A stretch of DNA of 64,000 bases from Psilocybe cubensis (Eukaryota): assembly GCA_017499595.2 (NCBI GenBank), contig CM039008.1:1922001-1986000 (forward strand). The letters run 5' to 3'. Position numbers and translations under genes: made by a program. This document shows, piece by piece, positions 60,632-64,000 of this stretch (position 1 is the stretch's first letter; each line of letters opens with the position of its first letter). The notes beneath the pieces are model-generated. The model worked only from the letters and a program-made list of their open reading frames with translations. It did not search any database and was not told the origin of the DNA.

Positions 60632-63263
60632 TCACCGACTGCGACCCTCTTCCTCTTCCCGCCCTTTCACCCCCGCCCCAACCAAACTATCGTACGTCGG
60701 CGGGATCTCCTTCATCCTCCCCGCCTCGTCGACCTCATCCTCGCCCTCGCCCTCTCTCACAGCTTCCCCTTTGCGCATCACAACCCGGCCCCCGTCCTGA
60801 TGCACCACAACAGCCGAGCCCGCAGCACCCGCACTCGAGCTCACAGACGTCGACCGCCCATGCGCATCCCCATGTACAGGCGATCCCGCACCAGGCCTCA
60901 GCATATCAGGAAGCACCTGACCCTGTTCCTGCCCCGACGAAGACGCACCAGCTGCCCCAAACGACATCTGTTGCTGCGGAACACCGCCAGGCCCATACTG
61001 CAAATACGCATTGTGCCTCGCCTGCATAGGATCGTCCGGGTTCATGACGTGCGGTCGGTACTGCTGTTGCTGTTGTGCTCGGAGTCCCAGTGCCTCGATC
61101 TCCTTCGCGCTGCGCGGGTTATACACACCGGCAGCACCCACACCGCCTGCACCATACCCAGCAGACGAGTGTTCCGACGAGCTCAGTATACTCGGTGCGG
61201 CGCTCTGGCCAGGCGACGGGCCGCGTCCAACAGGCGGTGCATAGGGGTTTACGTTGTTCGGGTAGTACGACCCTGAAGACGCAGTGTACACATCGCTCGT
61301 CGGCGTCGGCGGCTGCGCACCAACACCACCATGGCCGCCCTCCGAGGTCGCAGTTGCAGGGTAGTACGATGACGACGTGCGCGCGCCAGGACCTGCGTTT
61401 CCTTGGTTGTGATGTTGATGATGATGACCATACGCTGCTGCACCTGCACCCACCGCAGCTCCCGCCAACAAAGGCTGCACCTGACTCATCCCCCCTCCTC
61501 CACCCGCATTCGCATTTGGATTATACGCATACGGCGAAATAATCCCTCCTCCACTCACACCGGAATTCAACCGTCCACCCATCCCATCATCACCCAAATC
61601 TTCATCGCTTAGTGGTATCCGTGGTAATGTACCTCCACCACCTTCAACGCCGCCTGCACGACCAGAGACGTACGCGGGGTCAAAGTTTCCATCAAACTCG
61701 TTTTTGGTGCGACGCCGCCGGAGGAGGAAGAGGAGGAATGCTATGAGCACAGCGAGACCTGCGACGCCTGTAGACAACCAGTTAAAGACATGCGTCAAAA
61801 ATAACAGGATGGGAATAGAACAAACCTCCAACAACACCCCCGACAATCGGACCTACATCTGTCCCATGCCCACTACTGAGCGCCTTGGGCGACGTCGAAA
61901 TCACCGTCCCGGGCTGGATGACAGTCGTAAAGGTGACGACGGTGGTGAAGGCCTGACCGTCCGAGGTCATTCTGTGCAGAATTAAAGTACAATGAGTATC
62001 ATGGACCATAAAGGTGCAGAGAAAGATGGAAAGAAAAGTGGAAAATATCAAAACAAGAAAACATCGCGAACAAAATCCAAAAAAAAAAAAATGTCTTCCA
62101 GATAGTCTCTGAAAACGGAACCAACAACCAACCAACTCGACAAACACCGAACAGGAACAGATAATCCCAAAAAAAAACGCAATTCAACAGAAGATGCCAA
62201 CTGCCATGACGTCAATCCAATCATATGCACAAGTTCTCATCCATCCCATCCAGCCGAACCCGCCTCGCCAGGCCACGAAGAAAAAAAAGAAAAAAACCAC
62301 CGACTGCCCGCGGGACATTACTGATATCATACACCTACTGCACAACACCCACTGATCCCACACAGACCAAAAAAACATCGGCATGCACACAAGCCGTATA
62401 CATCCCAGCCAAACACAGACACGAGGCATGCCAAAGTTAGGGTTGTGTGTAGCCATAAACACCCCCCATCACCGCAAACGTTCACAACGGTAAGCTTGGT
62501 GGACAGGATATGGTAATGTCCTGCCACCTCCGTGCCTGACGCATAATAACCGCGGTGATGATGGATTATATTGGATGGTGATGTAGATGCTGATACCGTA
62601 GAACACGGAAAAGGGGGTGATAACGCGATAGGCATAGTGTTGTGCGCGGCATGGCTTGAGGCTGAGGTGAGGTGTAGGATGTGTGCGAATAGGCAGAAAA
62701 TGAAAAAAGAAAGAAAGAAAGAAAAATTTCCGACGAAGCATAAATGAATGAATGAAAAGAAGCACCCAAACTCTCGAAATATCGAAGAGAAGAAGAACAA
62801 AAAGGGACACTCACACTGCTGTGGACGAAAACACACTCGTCGAGCTCTCTGACAGCGTCGAGAGCGACGCAGACGAAGACGTCGCACTTGATGAGCTCCC
62901 GGTCGAGCTCGCGCTGTTGCTCGAGCTACTACTATCACTCGCACTGTTCGTATTGCTCACACTCGAACTCGAGCTGTCGCTCGCGCTCGACGAGCTCGAA
63001 GATGAAGACGAGCTCGACGACGAGCTGGAAGACACAGACGAAGAAGAGGAGGGCCCGGGCGTTATTGATGGATCTGCGGGTACTGTTGGTGGCGTTCGAA
63101 ATGGAGGGGGAGGAGGTGGGTCAGAATGGTGTACATTAGACGATGAAGAGAGAGGAGATGAACCAGATGAGGAGGCAGAACCACCGCCGCCGCTGCTGGG
63201 AGCTGGTGAGCTCGCCGTGGGCGTCGACGCGGGAGGCAGGTCTCCCGGGTCTCGCGTCGCCAT
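60632..63263 (-). CDS. Ser-rich single-pass membrane protein (Mid2/Wsc-like architecture)
   Basis: Poly-Ser N-terminal exon (from 63263), ~0.84 kb intron, exon ...TDVGPIVGGVVG, short intron, GVAGLAVLIAFLLFLL followed by RRRR stop-transfer; cytoplasmic tail with HQDGG and PPTY. No clear signal peptide. Confidence 0.75.
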
Positions 63264-64000
63264 CGTGTATGCGTTCGTGCGATACGAAAGAGAAAAGAAA
63301 AGAGAAAAGACGATAAGAGTAGTGCGATATATCAATCGCAGTGTGAAGTGTGGAGTCGGGACGCAAAAAAGACGTCAATAAGGGAGTGTGCGTGCCCGTT
63401 TATCCGGGTGCCCAAAATACCAAACCAAAAGCAATACACGGATGTATAAAAAAAGGATGCTTGCTGGAATGCAGACCCCCCAAGCAAGGAATCCCTTTTG
63501 TCCCATTTCCTGTCCCCTTTACCTTATCCTTATCCGCCGCCACCACCGCTTCCTGATCGTTCACCCATCCATGGTCCACACACAAAAGCAAAACCACGCT
63601 GGGACCAAATCCTGAATCCGAAGCCAGCAGCGGTTCAGATGCGATCGACGCCGCTCCCGTCATTTCATTTACAAACACACAAAACGAACGAATCACAGCC
63701 GTCCTGCCCTGCCAATGCCAATTATGCCTGGCTTAGCAAGTACTCCGTCCCGGGTTGACGGAAGAAAGAAGAAGAGCGGAAAGCAAAAAGCCAAGCAAGG
63801 GAGGGGACTCACTCGACATTATGGTGGTTCTAGTTCAAAGAGCGTTGCGGTTGGAGCCAGCGAATGTGGTGTGGTGTTGTGTGGTCGGGTGGTATAGGTG
63901 CGGTCTAAAGTCACCCTTGCGTTTTCTCCTTTAATTTTGCAACCCCTTGCCGTTGCCTGGGCCCGGCCGCTGGCGGTGCACCGCTCACGTGTCATTTTGC

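Noticed and set aside
62556-62594. GTGATGA...CTGA as a C/D snoRNA in a long intron
   Set aside because: Antisense to the host gene, too short, and within a GAT-rich simple repeat.

Overview
Intron-rich fungal DNA, most consistent with an agaricomycete (basidiomycete) genome. The ends hold ordinary genes: a partial coiled-coil/Pro-Ser-rich gene on the left; a STE12-like transcription factor, an OPT oligopeptide transporter and a Ser-rich single-pass membrane protein on the right. Between them is a roughly 35 kb accessory, transposon-rich block. (1) Of two tandem cytochrome P450 paralogues, the second is split by a complete ~12.4 kb Kyakuja-Dileera-Zisupton (KDZ)-type DNA transposon (13442-25827). 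The element has ~350 bp imperfect TIRs and a GCTGCACA target duplication that copies the host splice acceptor. It carries five spliced genes: a CxC2-KDZ transposase, a TET/JBP 2OG-Fe(II) dioxygenase with one in-frame TGA, an HMG-like protein, a small basic helical protein and an unassigned protein. (2) Next come an F-box gene, a secreted Ser/Thr repeat protein and a 73-aa stand-alone HTH protein. (3) A near-intact chromovirus (Ty3/gypsy) LTR retrotransposon has 155 bp LTRs, a -1 frameshift heptamer and a self-priming (non-tRNA) PBS; a 345 bp hairpin MITE sits 2 bp from the end of its 5' LTR. (4) A DDE-transposase-like gene has a WRN-type 3'-5' exonuclease embedded in its putative catalytic core and is cut by a 100-N assembly gap. 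Exon structures were read by eye from GT/GC-AG sites and reading-frame continuity; family calls rest on motif recognition, not database searches.
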